Assembly: GCA_963706025.1 (NCBI GenBank)
Contig: CAVPLM010000005.1
Coordinates: 192,001 to 256,000, forward strand
DNA from: an uncultured Actinomycetes bacterium
GTDB taxonomy: Bacteria > Actinomycetota > Thermoleophilia > RBG-16-64-13
Reading direction: 5' to 3'
DNA: 64,000 nt
Shown here: positions 1 through 9,849 of the stretch, one piece after another
Layout: each line of letters begins with the position of its first letter
How positions within the stretch are numbered: the stretch's first letter is position 1
The notes under the pieces: model-generated
Told to the model about the DNA's origin: nothing
Databases searched by the model: none
What the model saw: only the letters and a program-made list of their open reading frames with translations
Position numbers and translations under genes: made by a program

Positions 1-638
1 TCGCCGAAGCTGGTTGCGACGTGGTGGCCGTGTGTGACGACGCCTACTTCGGTCTCTTCTACGACGAAGAGAGTATGAAGGAGTCGCTGTTCACCCGGCT
101 GGCGGCGGCTCATTCCCGCATTCTGGCCATCAAGCTTGATGGCGCCTCCAAAGAGGATTTCGCCTGGGGGCTGAGGGTGGCCTTCATCACCTATGGAATA
201 GCCGAGGGAGCCGGTGCCTATGAAGCCTTGGAGAAGAAGACCGGCGGCTGCATCAGAGGGACCATCTCCAATACCCCCAACGTCTCGCAGCAATTAGTGC
301 TGAAGGCCAAGGCCGATCCCGGCTACCGGGCCCAGAAGGAGGAGAAGTTCGCCATTCTCCAGCGCCGGGCGGCCAAGGTGAGAGAGGTGCTGGCCGAGCC
401 CCGGTTCGCCGCCGCCTGGAAGCCCTATCCCTTCAACTCCGGATACTTCATGTGCCTGCGTCTGAACGATCTGAACGCCGAAGCATACCGGGTGCATCTC
501 CTCAACGAGTATGGGGTGGGGGTCATCTCCACCAGCGACACCGACATCCGGATCGCGTTCTCCTGCGTGGACGAAGCCGACATCGCCGACCTCTTCGATG
601 TTATGCTCACCTGTGCCCTGGAGATGAAGAAGGGATAG
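1..638 (+). CDS. Class I/II PLP-dependent aminotransferase (5'-truncated by window edge)
   Basis: DDAYFGLFY and KLDGASKEDFAWGLRVAF motifs (PLP-Asp, Schiff-base Lys, Arg); frame is open to the window start. Confidence 0.85.
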   Translation, partial: AEAGCDVVAVCDDAYFGLFYDEESMKESLFTRLAAAHSRILAIKLDGASKEDFAWGLRVAFITYGIAEGAGAYEALEKKTGGCIRGTISNTPNVSQQLVLKAKADPGYRAQKEEKFAILQRRAAKVREVLAEPRFAAAWKPYPFNSGYFMCLRLNDLNAEAYRVHLLNEYGVGVISTSDTDIRIAFSCVDEADIADLFDVMLTCALEMKKG

Positions 639-677
639 CGGAGCCAGGACGAGTTCTAAGTCCAAGACGGGGTGAGC

Positions 678-1058
678 ATGTCCAAGACCAAAGGTCAGCT
701 CGAGGCGGAGATCAGCGACGCCATCGTCAAGTTCGAACTGGACTACATGGGCCGCGGACCGGAAGAGGCCCGGACCTACATCATCGACGACCTGGTCATC
801 GTGCGCCTGCGCGGGGTGCTGACTCCGGCGGAGCGGCAACTGGCAGGGATAGACGGGACTCCTCAGGGCCGCACGCTCGTCAAGGAGATCCGGCGGGAAC
901 TGATCGAGAAGGCCAGGCCCCTCCTGGAAGCCATCGTCCGGGACGTGACGGGTCAGGACGTCCGCAGCCTGCACACCGACATCAGCACCCAGATCGGCGA
1001 GCGCATCATAGTGTTCTCACTGACGGGGCCCGTGCGTCTGGCGCCCGGGACCCAGTGA
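678..1058 (+). CDS. DUF2294 / MpsC-family small protein
   Basis: KTKGQLEAEISDAIVKFELDYMGRGP...VIVRLRGVLTPAE...SLHTDIS...GERIIVF is the DUF2294 pattern; ATG at 678. Confidence 0.85.
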   Translation: MSKTKGQLEAEISDAIVKFELDYMGRGPEEARTYIIDDLVIVRLRGVLTPAERQLAGIDGTPQGRTLVKEIRRELIEKARPLLEAIVRDVTGQDVRSLHTDISTQIGERIIVFSLTGPVRLAPGTQ

Positions 1059-1104
1059 CCGGGACCCAGTGACTGGGACCCAGTGACCGGGACCCAGTGA
1101 CCGG
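1045..1104 (+). repeat. 14-bp tandem repeat CCGGGACCCAGTGA x4 at the DUF2294/Mut7-C junction
   Basis: Units at 1045, 1059, 1073 (one C>T) and 1087, read directly from the sequence. Confidence 0.95.
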
Positions 1105-1909
1105 CTCGGTCGGCCTGGCGCCGGTCACGAGGTTGATGGAAATGGGCAGCGTTTTCATCCGTTTCTACGCTGAACTGGGCGATCTTCTGGCGCCAGAGCG
1201 GCGCGGCCGCGAATTCGAGCATCCCTTCGCGTCCGGCGGTGCAGTCAAGGACCTGATCGAGGGCCTGGGGGTGCCGCATACGGAAGTCGACCTGGTGCTC
1301 GTCGATGGACGGTCTGTCGACTTTCGCCACCCCGTGGGGAACGGCGAGCACGTGAGCGTATATCCGGTATTCGAGGCGTTTGATGTCGGGCCCGTGACCC
1401 GCGTCCGCGCGCGACCCTTACGCCAAGTGCGGTTCGCGGCCGACGTGCATCTGGGCAGGCTGGCAGGCTACCTGCGCTTGGCCGGGTTCGATACGTCGTA
1501 CCGGAACGAGTGGTCCGATGAGGATCTCGTGGAGGCCGCCCTGCGCGAGCACCGGATCATCCTGACTCGCGATCGAGGGCTGCTCATGCGGTCGGCGGTG
1601 ACTCATGGCCACCTGGTGCGGCACACCTCTCCCCGGCAGCAACTGTCGGAGGTGCTCGAGCGGTTCGACCTCTGGGGATCCCTCCGACCGTTCACGCGCT
1701 GCTCGCTCTGCAATAGTCCTGTGGAGCCGGTCAAGAAGGCGGAGGTCGTTGCAGGAGCCTTCCGCCGGGCACCGCGCGTCACCACGAGGAGTTCTGGCAG
1801 TTGTACCGGTTGCGGCCAGGTCTACTGGAAAGGCGCACACTACCGATCACTGGAGCGGCTTTTCGCCCTGGGGGAATCTCCTTCTGGGGGCTCTCCTGAC
1901 GAGCAGTAG
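1097..1909 (+). CDS. Mut7-C RNase (PIN-like) protein with N-terminal ubiquitin-like domain and C-terminal Zn ribbon
   Basis: FRFYAEL-like start, VKDLIEGLGVPHTEVDL, RFAADVHLGRLAGYLRLAGFDT, LTRDRGLL, RCSLCN...CTGCGQVYWKGAHY. Compensating indels near 1755-1800 hide LPPGTARHHEEFWQ in another frame. Start may be 1097, 1136 or 1142. Confidence 0.9.
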   Translation: MTGSVGLAPVTRLMEMGSVFIRFYAELGDLLAPERRGREFEHPFASGGAVKDLIEGLGVPHTEVDLVLVDGRSVDFRHPVGNGEHVSVYPVFEAFDVGPVTRVRARPLRQVRFAADVHLGRLAGYLRLAGFDTSYRNEWSDEDLVEAALREHRIILTRDRGLLMRSAVTHGHLVRHTSPRQQLSEVLERFDLWGSLRPFTRCSLCNSPVEPVKKAEVVAGAFRRAPRVTTRSSGSCTGCGQVYWKGAHYRSLERLFALGESPSGGSPDEQ

Positions 1910-1932
1910 CGGCTCCCCCAGAGCGATGAGAC

Positions 1933-3300
1933 TCAGGGCATGTCCTCACGGGCGGCAGCGGTTTCTTGGTCTCCGGCCATTCCGAGCGAGGCCGGTGAGT
2001 CGCCCGGTCGCCAGCGGGCGAAAAGAGGCACCCCGATGAGGGCAATAGCCCCCATGGCCGCAATTCCCGCGGCTGTGGCGTTGGATCCGCTTGCGGCGCT
2101 GCTCGCTATGGGCGAGAGCGCCGCCCCCAGCCCCTGCGACACCCGCTGCACGGCGCCGAAGAGGCCGAAGGCCAGGGCCTGGTAGTCCGACCGAAAGTTC
2201 TCGGCGTAGGCCCCCCGCACCGTGGGGATCAGAGCTCCGGAGAAGAGCCCGTGTAGGCACGAGCAGAGCACCACTAGAGCCAGCGGCGACACCAGGCTGA
2301 AGGCGAAGGCGTTGAGCGCCCACAAGGTGAGCCCCACCATGATGATGCGTTTCACGAGGCGCCGGTCGGGTCTGACCAGGGCGACGGCCCCCGCTCCGGC
2401 GGCCGACGAGAGCACCACCCCCAGAAGCACCGCCCACAGCTGTATCCCCTCGAGATCGGTCAGTGCCTGGATATGCAGGGTCAGATAGAGGCTGAGTCCC
2501 ATAATGGCGGAGTTCATAGCGAAGTAGCCGGCGAGGAACCAGCCTGCGCGGTGCTCGCGGGAAGCCTGGTCCCATAGCTCCTTCATGCGGTGGTTAAGCT
2601 TCCCCCGAGGGATGTCCACCACGTCGGACTTCTTCTGCCACAACCGCTTCGCGAAGATGCTGGGGATGGTACAGGCTAGGAAGACAACCGCTGCCGGGAT
2701 TAGGGCGTAACCCCGTCCGCTGATTCCGGGGACGAGCTGGCCGGAGATGAACAGTTGGATGACGCCGACCCCGACCACCCCACCCAGGAAGCTGAGTCCC
2801 ATCCCCAGCGAGGAGACGCTCACCACGTTGGCACCTCCCGCCGCGCTGAGCATGGAGGCGTTGTATATGAGACTGGATAACTGGAAAAAGTAATTGGCGA
2901 TCATGGCTGCGACGAGCACGCCTGCCACCGCCAGAGTCGTGGAGTGAGGCAGGACATTGAGCGTCCCGAGAAGCACGGCGGCGATCAGGGCCGAGACTAC
3001 GAACCACTGTCTGCGGGTGCGCTTCTCATCTGCGCTCACCCCGATATAGGGACCACTCAAGCCGATGGCCCAGGACGACGCGGCCGATGCCAGGCCAAAG
3101 GCGACGGCCGGTATTCCCAGGTCGTTGACCATCCACGGGGTGAGGTAGTAAGGGATGGCGAACTCGACAGCGGTGTTGCCGAAATCGAACGTGTACCAGG
3201 CCAAGCGCGTACGTCTGCCGGAATCCGCAGAGTCGGGCGTCTGTGTGCTTGACGTCCGCGGGTCGGAGGGCAGTGGCTCTGTCTGGTCGCCGGTGGGCAT
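1933..3300 (-). CDS. MFS transporter (UMF1/ATG22-like)
   Basis: About 12 hydrophobic segments; N-terminal AWYTFDFGNTA resembles the W-x2-D-W/F-A/G-N-S motif of this family. Confidence 0.75.
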   Translation of the reverse strand: MPTGDQTEPLPSDPRTSSTQTPDSADSGRRTRLAWYTFDFGNTAVEFAIPYYLTPWMVNDLGIPAVAFGLASAASSWAIGLSGPYIGVSADEKRTRRQWFVVSALIAAVLLGTLNVLPHSTTLAVAGVLVAAMIANYFFQLSSLIYNASMLSAAGGANVVSVSSLGMGLSFLGGVVGVGVIQLFISGQLVPGISGRGYALIPAAVVFLACTIPSIFAKRLWQKKSDVVDIPRGKLNHRMKELWDQASREHRAGWFLAGYFAMNSAIMGLSLYLTLHIQALTDLEGIQLWAVLLGVVLSSAAGAGAVALVRPDRRLVKRIIMVGLTLWALNAFAFSLVSPLALVVLCSCLHGLFSGALIPTVRGAYAENFRSDYQALAFGLFGAVQRVSQGLGAALSPIASSAASGSNATAAGIAAMGAIALIGVPLFARWRPGDSPASLGMAGDQETAAAREDMP

Positions 3301-3410
3301 GGTCGCACTAGTGTACCTTCGGTTGGCCAAAACCTGGTCGGTGGTCTAACCTTGTGCATCCTGCGCCGGCAGACGCGAGAGATGCGACATCGTGAGGGCG
3401 ATGAGTCCAT

Positions 3411-3950
3411 ATGAGCATCCGGGCTAGAGGAAGCGACTCCTTGGAGAGGGCTACCACCCCTCTCTTCCGTGAAGTACAGAGGTTCCGCCACTGGTTCTTC
3501 TGGATCCCCATCAGCATCGTCACCGTGGTCATCTGGTGGCAGTTCGTGCAGCAGATCGTCATCGGCCGTCCTCCGGGTACCGAGCCGATACCCGATTGGG
3601 CGGCCTGGGCCCTGGCCATCGTGTTCGGCATTGGGTTCCCGGTGTTTGCCGCCATCGCGCGCCTGCTCACCGAGGTGAGGCCGGGGATGCTTTCGGTCAG
3701 GCTGATACCCTTCCGGGGCAGACACATCCCCACACGTGACATACAGTCGGCCGACGCGCGTGAGTACTCGCCCATGCGTGAGTTCGGCGGCTGGGGGATA
3801 CGCACGTCCGGCGACGGGGGGAGAGCCTACAACGCCTACGGCAACATGGGAGTCCAGTTGGTGCTGACCGACGGGAAGCGCGTCCTGGTCGGAACGCAGC
3901 GCGCTGAAGAGCTGCTCGCAGCGCTCCGTCTAGCCGGTGCTGAGGTCTAG
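3411..3950 (+). CDS. DUF6141-like membrane protein
   Basis: FREVQRF, two TM helices, YSPMREFGGWGIR, AYNAYGNMGVQL...GKRVLVGTQR. Confidence 0.75.
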   Translation: MSIRARGSDSLERATTPLFREVQRFRHWFFWIPISIVTVVIWWQFVQQIVIGRPPGTEPIPDWAAWALAIVFGIGFPVFAAIARLLTEVRPGMLSVRLIPFRGRHIPTRDIQSADAREYSPMREFGGWGIRTSGDGGRAYNAYGNMGVQLVLTDGKRVLVGTQRAEELLAALRLAGAEV

Positions 3951-3953
3951 AGC

Positions 3954-4908
3954 ATGAGGATCGTGGTAGCTCTCGGGGGAAACGCTCTCCTCAAGCGCGG
4001 GGAGCCGCTCACGGAGCAGAACCAGCGCGAGAACGTGAAAGTGGCGGCCCGGGCGCTCGGCGCCTCTGGCCCGCGATCACAACCTCACCATCACCCACGG
4101 CAACGGTCCTCAGGTGGGTCTGCTCGCTCTGGAGGCCGCCGCGTACACGGGGGTGGAGCCTTACACTCTGGATGTGCTCAGCGCCGAATCGGAGGGCATG
4201 ATCGGCTACATGATCGAGCAGGAGCTGGGCAACATCCTGCCCGAGGACGTGCCGTTCGCCACCATCCTCACTCAGGTGGAGGTCGATCCCTGCGACCCGG
4301 CTTTTCAGAACCCTACGAAGCCTATCGGCCCCCAGTACACGCAGGAAGAAGCCGAACGGCTGGCCCGAGAGCATGGTTGGACCGTGGGTCCCGACAACAG
4401 CCTGTACCGGAGACTGGTGCCGTCGCCGCGCCCCAAACGGATCTTCGAGATCAGAGTGGTGGAATGGCTGGTGGAGCGGGGAGTGGTGGTGATCTGCACC
4501 GGGGGAGGCGGGATCCCCACGATGCTTACTCCCGACGGAGTGCTGGTGGGCGTGGAGGCCGTAATCGACAAGGACCACGCCGGGGCGCTCTTGGCGACGT
4601 CGCTGGGAGCTGGAGCTTTCCTGATGCTCACGGACGCGGAGGCCGTGTGGGAGAACTGGGGGACGGCGGAAGCGCGGGCCATCAGCCGCGCCGCGCCGGA
4701 GGCGCTGGAGAAGCTGCAGTTCGCCGCCGGCTCGATGGGCCCCAAGGTGGAGGCGGCCTGCGACTATGCCCGGGCCACCGGGGGGCGCGCCGGCATCGGC
4801 GCGCTCGAGGATGCCGTCGCCATCATCGAGGGTCGTGCAGGCACGCTGGTGTCGACCGAGTTCGACGGCATCGAGTACTGGCCGTCGCTCTTTCACCAAG
4901 CGGAGTAG
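3954..4908 (+). CDS. arcC: Carbamate kinase (frameshift near 4060, probably sequencing error)
   Basis: [13 protein letters not shown], then in the next frame [49 protein letters not shown]. Confidence 0.92.
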
Positions 4909-5008
4909 CAACAGGGATGAGCAGCGGCGCCTTCGCCGGCCGCCTACGGCGTGCCCCGTTGATTTGGCCCTGTACCTCTCGTGCCGATCTTTCGTTCTCC
5001 GGCGGCCG

Positions 5009-6161
5009 CTATTGCTGGGCGCCCGGCACGAGCAGGTCGATGATGCTCTCCTCACCCTCCGGGCTCGGACCGGAGTGGGTGGAATCGCTGAGCGTGATGT
5101 AGGTCACCTCGTCCCCGTCGGCCCTGAGGAAATCCGCGAATAGCTGGAAACTGGTCTCCGTATCAAACACAAGAGCCTCGAGCTTCTCCAGGCCCCGACG
5201 GATGTCCCCGGAGAGGTCTCGCACCGCCATCCAGGAATCCTCAGCCCACATGTCAACCAGATCCCGGCTGAGCTCGGGATCGCCCGAGGCGATGATGGTG
5301 ATGGGAAAGTTACCGCTGCCCCAATAGGTGCCACGGTGTCTCGAGTTGCAGCACGCTGGGATCGCGGGCCAAAACCTCGTCCCAGGGCATCCACGTGGAG
5401 CAGATGAGTATGTCGGGGTCGTAGAGCACCAGTGACTCCGGGAGGGTGGAGCCGGCGCCCTTGAGCGCCCCCTCGGAGGCGGCGACATTGCCGAGGGCCT
5501 CCATCGCGGCGCGGTTGGCTCCGGCCGAGTAGCCGTAAAGGGTCAAGTTCGCCGGGTCCCCTCCGTACTGCGCGGCGGTGCCCCGAGCGAAACGGACGGC
5601 GGCCGCCACATCGCTGTTACTGGCGGCGATCCTCGTCCGTAGCTCTTCCGGGGTAAAGCCCATGAAGTCGCTGTTGTTGTCGGGCAACCACACCGGTACG
5701 AACACCACGGCCCCGCGCTGGGCCACTTTCGCGGCCGGTGGGACCACGTACTGACCGGGGATCGTGGGATAGGCGCCCCCGTGCAGCATCACCACCACGG
5801 GCCAGGGACCCCCCTCTTTGGGGGCCCACACGTGGATCACACCGGTAGACCCGTCGGCCCGGTTGACATACGGGATACCAATATCCGTCCGTAGTTCGAT
5901 CGTCCTCTCGGTGGTGGTTGTCGGTGCCTCGACAGTGGTCACGGATTGGGTGGCTGTCACGGGCTCGGTAGTTTTCACCGACGCAGTGGTGGTCACAGCG
6001 CTTGTGGTTGAGGGTGTGCTTGCCGCAGTGCTTGCCGTCTCAGTGTCGCCACAGGCTGCCACCAGAGCACCGAGCCCGACAAGAAGCACGAGGGTAAGGG
6101 CAACAACAACGGCGAGGAGTCGGCTGTCGATCTTGCTGCCCGGTGGAAATGAGGCTTTCAT
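5009..6161 (-). CDS. Lipoprotein alpha/beta hydrolase (carboxylesterase-like), frameshift near 5325
   Basis: Signal peptide with LVAAC lipobox, Thr-rich linker, [26 protein letters not shown] nucleophile elbow; C-terminus with candidate catalytic His (DSTH) continues in ORF 5009-5488. Confidence 0.75.
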
Positions 6162-6239
6162 TAGGCGCCCCTTCGCTTCTGGTTCTTATTCCCAGTCGGC
6201 TCGGTCACTGTCGATCAAAGCCACATATGGTTGCCGGCG

Positions 6240-8508
6240 CTACTCCTGGTCCGGCACCCACCGGTAGAGGCCGTTGTCCGCAACTGCATAGACTCCACCG
6301 CCGGGAGCAGTGTCGATCACGAAGTCGATGCGTTGCACCACCGAGAGCTCCCCAGTGATGTTCTGCCAGGCTGCCCCTCCGTCGATGGACCGGTAGAGGC
6401 CGTAATCAGGTCCGCCGATGTACAGCGTACCGGCGGAGCGAGGATCGAACAGCGGTAGGTTGCCCCAACGGGACGTGGGTACCTGGACCTCCTCCCAGGT
6501 GGTCCCGCCGTCGAGCGAGCGGACCAGCAGGGGTGAAACGCCGGTGGTCGATAGTGGCGTTAGGTTTCGAAGCACATAGACGGTGGTGGGAGTGCGCGGG
6601 TCCACCGCGATTCCCGCGATCATCGTACGGTCGACCACCCACTCGTCGGGAGAGATGACCGTCCAAGTGGCCCCGTGTCCGTCGATTTGAGAAGGACGTT
6701 GCTGAAATCGGGGTCCTCCGGTGGCTTCAACTGCCTCTCGGCGTACATTACGGAGGGATTCTGCGGGTCGGCCACGACCGACTCGACAAAGTCATGCTCG
6801 CGTTCTTCGGGAGGCGTATCTCCACCAAGGACCAAGCTCCAGGTGTCCCCGCCATCGGTCGACCTGAACAGCCAACGCAGATACTCGTCGACGGCGCTTG
6901 AATTCCCCATCGCGAACACAGTATCGGGATTGTCGGCCGCAACGAGGAACGGATTTGAAACGTGGTACTCAGAGGAGGACGACGCAGCCACGACCTCCCC
7001 GGCGCGCCGGGTCCAACTCTCCCCGCGTCCCCGCTGCGGAACAACCCCTCCGACGTTGAGGCATAGAGCGTGGAGGGGGAGGAGGGGGCGATGAGCGGGG
7101 AGCCTCCGCCGGGCAGGACCAGGTCCCAGGCGTCTCCGCCGTCCGAGCTACGGAACAGCCCCTCCGGCGTGGTCGCGTATAGCCTGGGCGATCCGGAGGG
7201 AGCGATAACCAGGGAGTCTCCGCCGGACAGGATCAGACGCCACGTCTCCCCGCCGTCGTCGGATCTGACGATGCCCTCAGCCACGCCTGCGTAAAGTATG
7301 GAGGCCGAGTCCGGATCGGGCTCCATCCAGGAGACCGCCCACGAGGTCAGGCCGACGCTCGACTTCCTCCACGTCTTGCCGCCGTCGGGGGACTTGTAGA
7401 CGCCTTGGTCGGTCCCAAATAGAAGATGGATGGATCGTTAGGATCCACGCGCAGGGTCCAGGGCGACATGCCGGCTTCGATCGGGAACCCGGTGTCGGAG
7501 TCCGTAACGGTCACATTGCTCCCGGTGGCTTCGAAGGGAGCCCGGAACGCATCCAGAGCTTGCTGGACGGCAGGCGGAGCGACTGCTTGTGAGCGTCGAC
7601 CGCGGTTGTCGGGGCCGCGCCAGCTCCGGGCCAGGTCTCGCCTCGGTCGGTGGAGCGCCAGACCCCTCCAGACTGGGCAGCGGTGTAGATCGTGGAAGGG
7701 CTGGAGGTAGGGTCAATCCAGAGGATGGGGAGGCTGTAGACAAAGGGAGAAGGAGCTGTCGTCAGCTTCTTCCAAGTGGTCCCGCCGTCGTCGGACCTGA
7801 AGAGGGTGGGCTCAGAATAGTCACCCGCATAGGCGTAGATCGTTGAAGGGGAGGCGGGATCGACGCCGATCAACCCACGTCGCCCTCGTCCATAGGCAGG
7901 CGCTTCCAGCTCTCGGCCCCATCCGTGGACTTGAACAGGCCACTCGATGCTACCGCGGCATACAGAACCGACGGGTCGGTCGGGTCCATGACCAGGATAC
8001 GGACGACCCCGCCCTCGGTCGTCAGCGGTAGGCGCTCCCAGCTGCCGCTTTGCGCGGTGGTTTCCACGCTCGCCGCCGTCTGAGTGGTCTGGCCGGTCGA
8101 GCCCGGGGAGATGCCGATCGTGTCGTCGGTTATGACCACGATGGGCTGGTCTTTGCCCAGTTGGGTCACCGCCTCGAAGATGCCGGTACCGAGACCAGCG
8201 AGCAAGACCAGGACCGCGAAGGAGATCGCGGCGTAGGCGAAAGCGCTCCGGCGACGTCCGTCCCGGCTGACAAGATGGCTTTCGGTCGGGTGCGTCTTCG
8301 TCGCTGTAGGCGTCGCTGCGGCTGAGGTTGTATCGGCTTCAGTCCGCATGCCGCGAGCTGCGCCTGGACTCACGGCAAAGGTCCCGCTGGCGGCCCTCTC
8401 CAGAACCTTGGCCCACTCTCCCTCGGGTGACATCGCTGGCACCAGCCGGTCGAGCTCCGCGCGCAGATGCTCGTCTCGCAGATCGTTATCGCGGCTGCGG
8501 CCCCACAT
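6240..8508 (-). CDS. Membrane-anchored BNR/Asp-box beta-propeller protein, putative anti-sigma partner; many frameshifts
   Basis: Short cytoplasmic N-terminus, one TM (AISFAVLVLLAGLG), Thr-rich linker, then about 10 S-x-D-G-G-x-T/S-W repeats spread over several frames; starts 2 bp after the ECF stop. Could be a real pseudogene. Confidence 0.7.
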
Positions 8509-8510
8509 AA

Positions 8511-9104
8511 CTAGGCCTCCATTTTCGTTCGCAGGGTGTTTCGGGCTCGGTTGAGGTGGCGGTTCACGGTCCCTGGCGATACGCCCATGGCCGCGCCCAC
8601 CTCGGCCACGTTCAGGCCGGCGATGTAGAAGAGGCCCACGGCCGTCCTCTGTTTCTCAGGAAGCTGTCGCACGGCTCTCCACAGCTCGGAGTTGCCTTCG
8701 GCCGGGAGTTCAGCTGGTATGAGCTCCGCGGCGTCCTCATCCAAGCTGAGGAAAAGGTGCGCCTGCCTGCTCTGCCTTCGCTGTTGATCGCGGACCAGAT
8801 TGACGGCCACCTTGCGCACCCAGGCCGCCTGATGGTGATAGCCGGACACCGTGGGCCACTCGCGGCAGAGACGGGCAAAGGCCTCCTGTACCGCGTCGCG
8901 CGCGACATCCGCATCGTGGGTCATGAGGGTGAGGGCGCGGGCGAGGGCTTCGTACTGATCCATGAAGAGGGACTCTGGTGAGGCGTAGCTGCGGTTTTCG
9001 AACTCTGCGGGGCTCCGCGTGGCTCCGAGACCCCGCCGTGCCCAGGAGAGGCTCCTCTTCGCCTGCGAGGTTCCCGTCTCCACTGCGATCATAGGACCAG
9101 CCAT
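8511..9104 (-). CDS. ECF (sigma-70 group 4) sigma factor
   Basis: Region 2 ARDAVQEAF...AWVRKVAVN; region 4 LPEKQRTAVGLFYIAGLNVAEVGAAMGVSPGTVNRHLNRAR. Confidence 0.92.
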   Translation of the reverse strand: MAGPMIAVETGTSQAKRSLSWARRGLGATRSPAEFENRSYASPESLFMDQYEALARALTLMTHDADVARDAVQEAFARLCREWPTVSGYHHQAAWVRKVAVNLVRDQQRRQSRQAHLFLSLDEDAAELIPAELPAEGNSELWRAVRQLPEKQRTAVGLFYIAGLNVAEVGAAMGVSPGTVNRHLNRARNTLRTKMEA

Positions 9105-9409
9105 GTCCCCGGCTCCCTCATGCGGCCGGTTCGATCAAGATCTCAAGATCGACTCGATCCGACCCACACTTCAAATCTACTCCTTAAACGTCTGACTGGG
9201 GCTTTTGCTTGACAAGACCGCCCGCATCGGCGGAGATGGATGCCTGAATCGGCGGGCCGGAGGGGGGGGTTCAAGCTGCTCCGCCGTCCGTCGCAGTGGC
9301 TTGGCGGTCTCTCTGTGGCAGCCGCTATCCTCCGTGCCCGGTCTGGGGCACTCATGAAGGCTATCTATCGACCGGCGGCTGGGCGTCCGCGCTTCTCCTC
9401 TCGCGCGCC

Positions 9410-9685
9410 CTATCGACCGAGAACGATGTCGATCCCGGAGAGCACCAGTTCGAGCTTGACGTCAGGCACTTTACCCACAGGATCGCTGAGCGCGCCCCGG
9501 TCAAGGGTGATGGGCTGGGAGACGTTGGCCACCGAATCTCTGGGGAGTCCTGTCAGTTCCGTGATCAGGAGCACATTGCCGGGGGCATCGGCCCATCGCA
9601 TGTTGCTCGTGAGAGGGATGCAGACAACCGTTCCGATCCGACTGCGGTTGAACGCATCACACTGCACTACCACGACGGGGCGCCG
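9410..9685 (-). pseudogene. mazF: N-terminally truncated PemK/MazF toxin, no antitoxin
   Basis: RRPVVVVQCDAFNRSRIGTVVCIPLTSN...APGNV...GLPRDSVANVSQ; an in-frame TAA directly precedes RRP and the usual N-terminal G-x-V/I-W-W-A-D segment is absent. Confidence 0.75.
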
Positions 9686-9849
9686 TTAGGTCCCCAACGG
9701 GAAACGCGCCGGGGGGACGCCGTGTCTGAGGAGGCGACGTCTCCGGTCCCGGCACGGTAAGCTTCTCGAGAGATGCACACCCGCCCAAAGGACTGGGCTC
9801 TTGTGCGGGATCGAGTGGGATTGAACGAAACTGGGGGCGGGACTCTGCT

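Noticed and set aside
1045-1104. Short repeats here and at 54648 as CRISPR arrays
   Set aside because: Units are directly adjacent with no spacers, only 14-17 bp long, and no cas genes are present.
9692-9849. GC-rich hairpins upstream of the M48 gene as a riboswitch
   Set aside because: No recognisable aptamer motif; such pairing is expected at this GC content.
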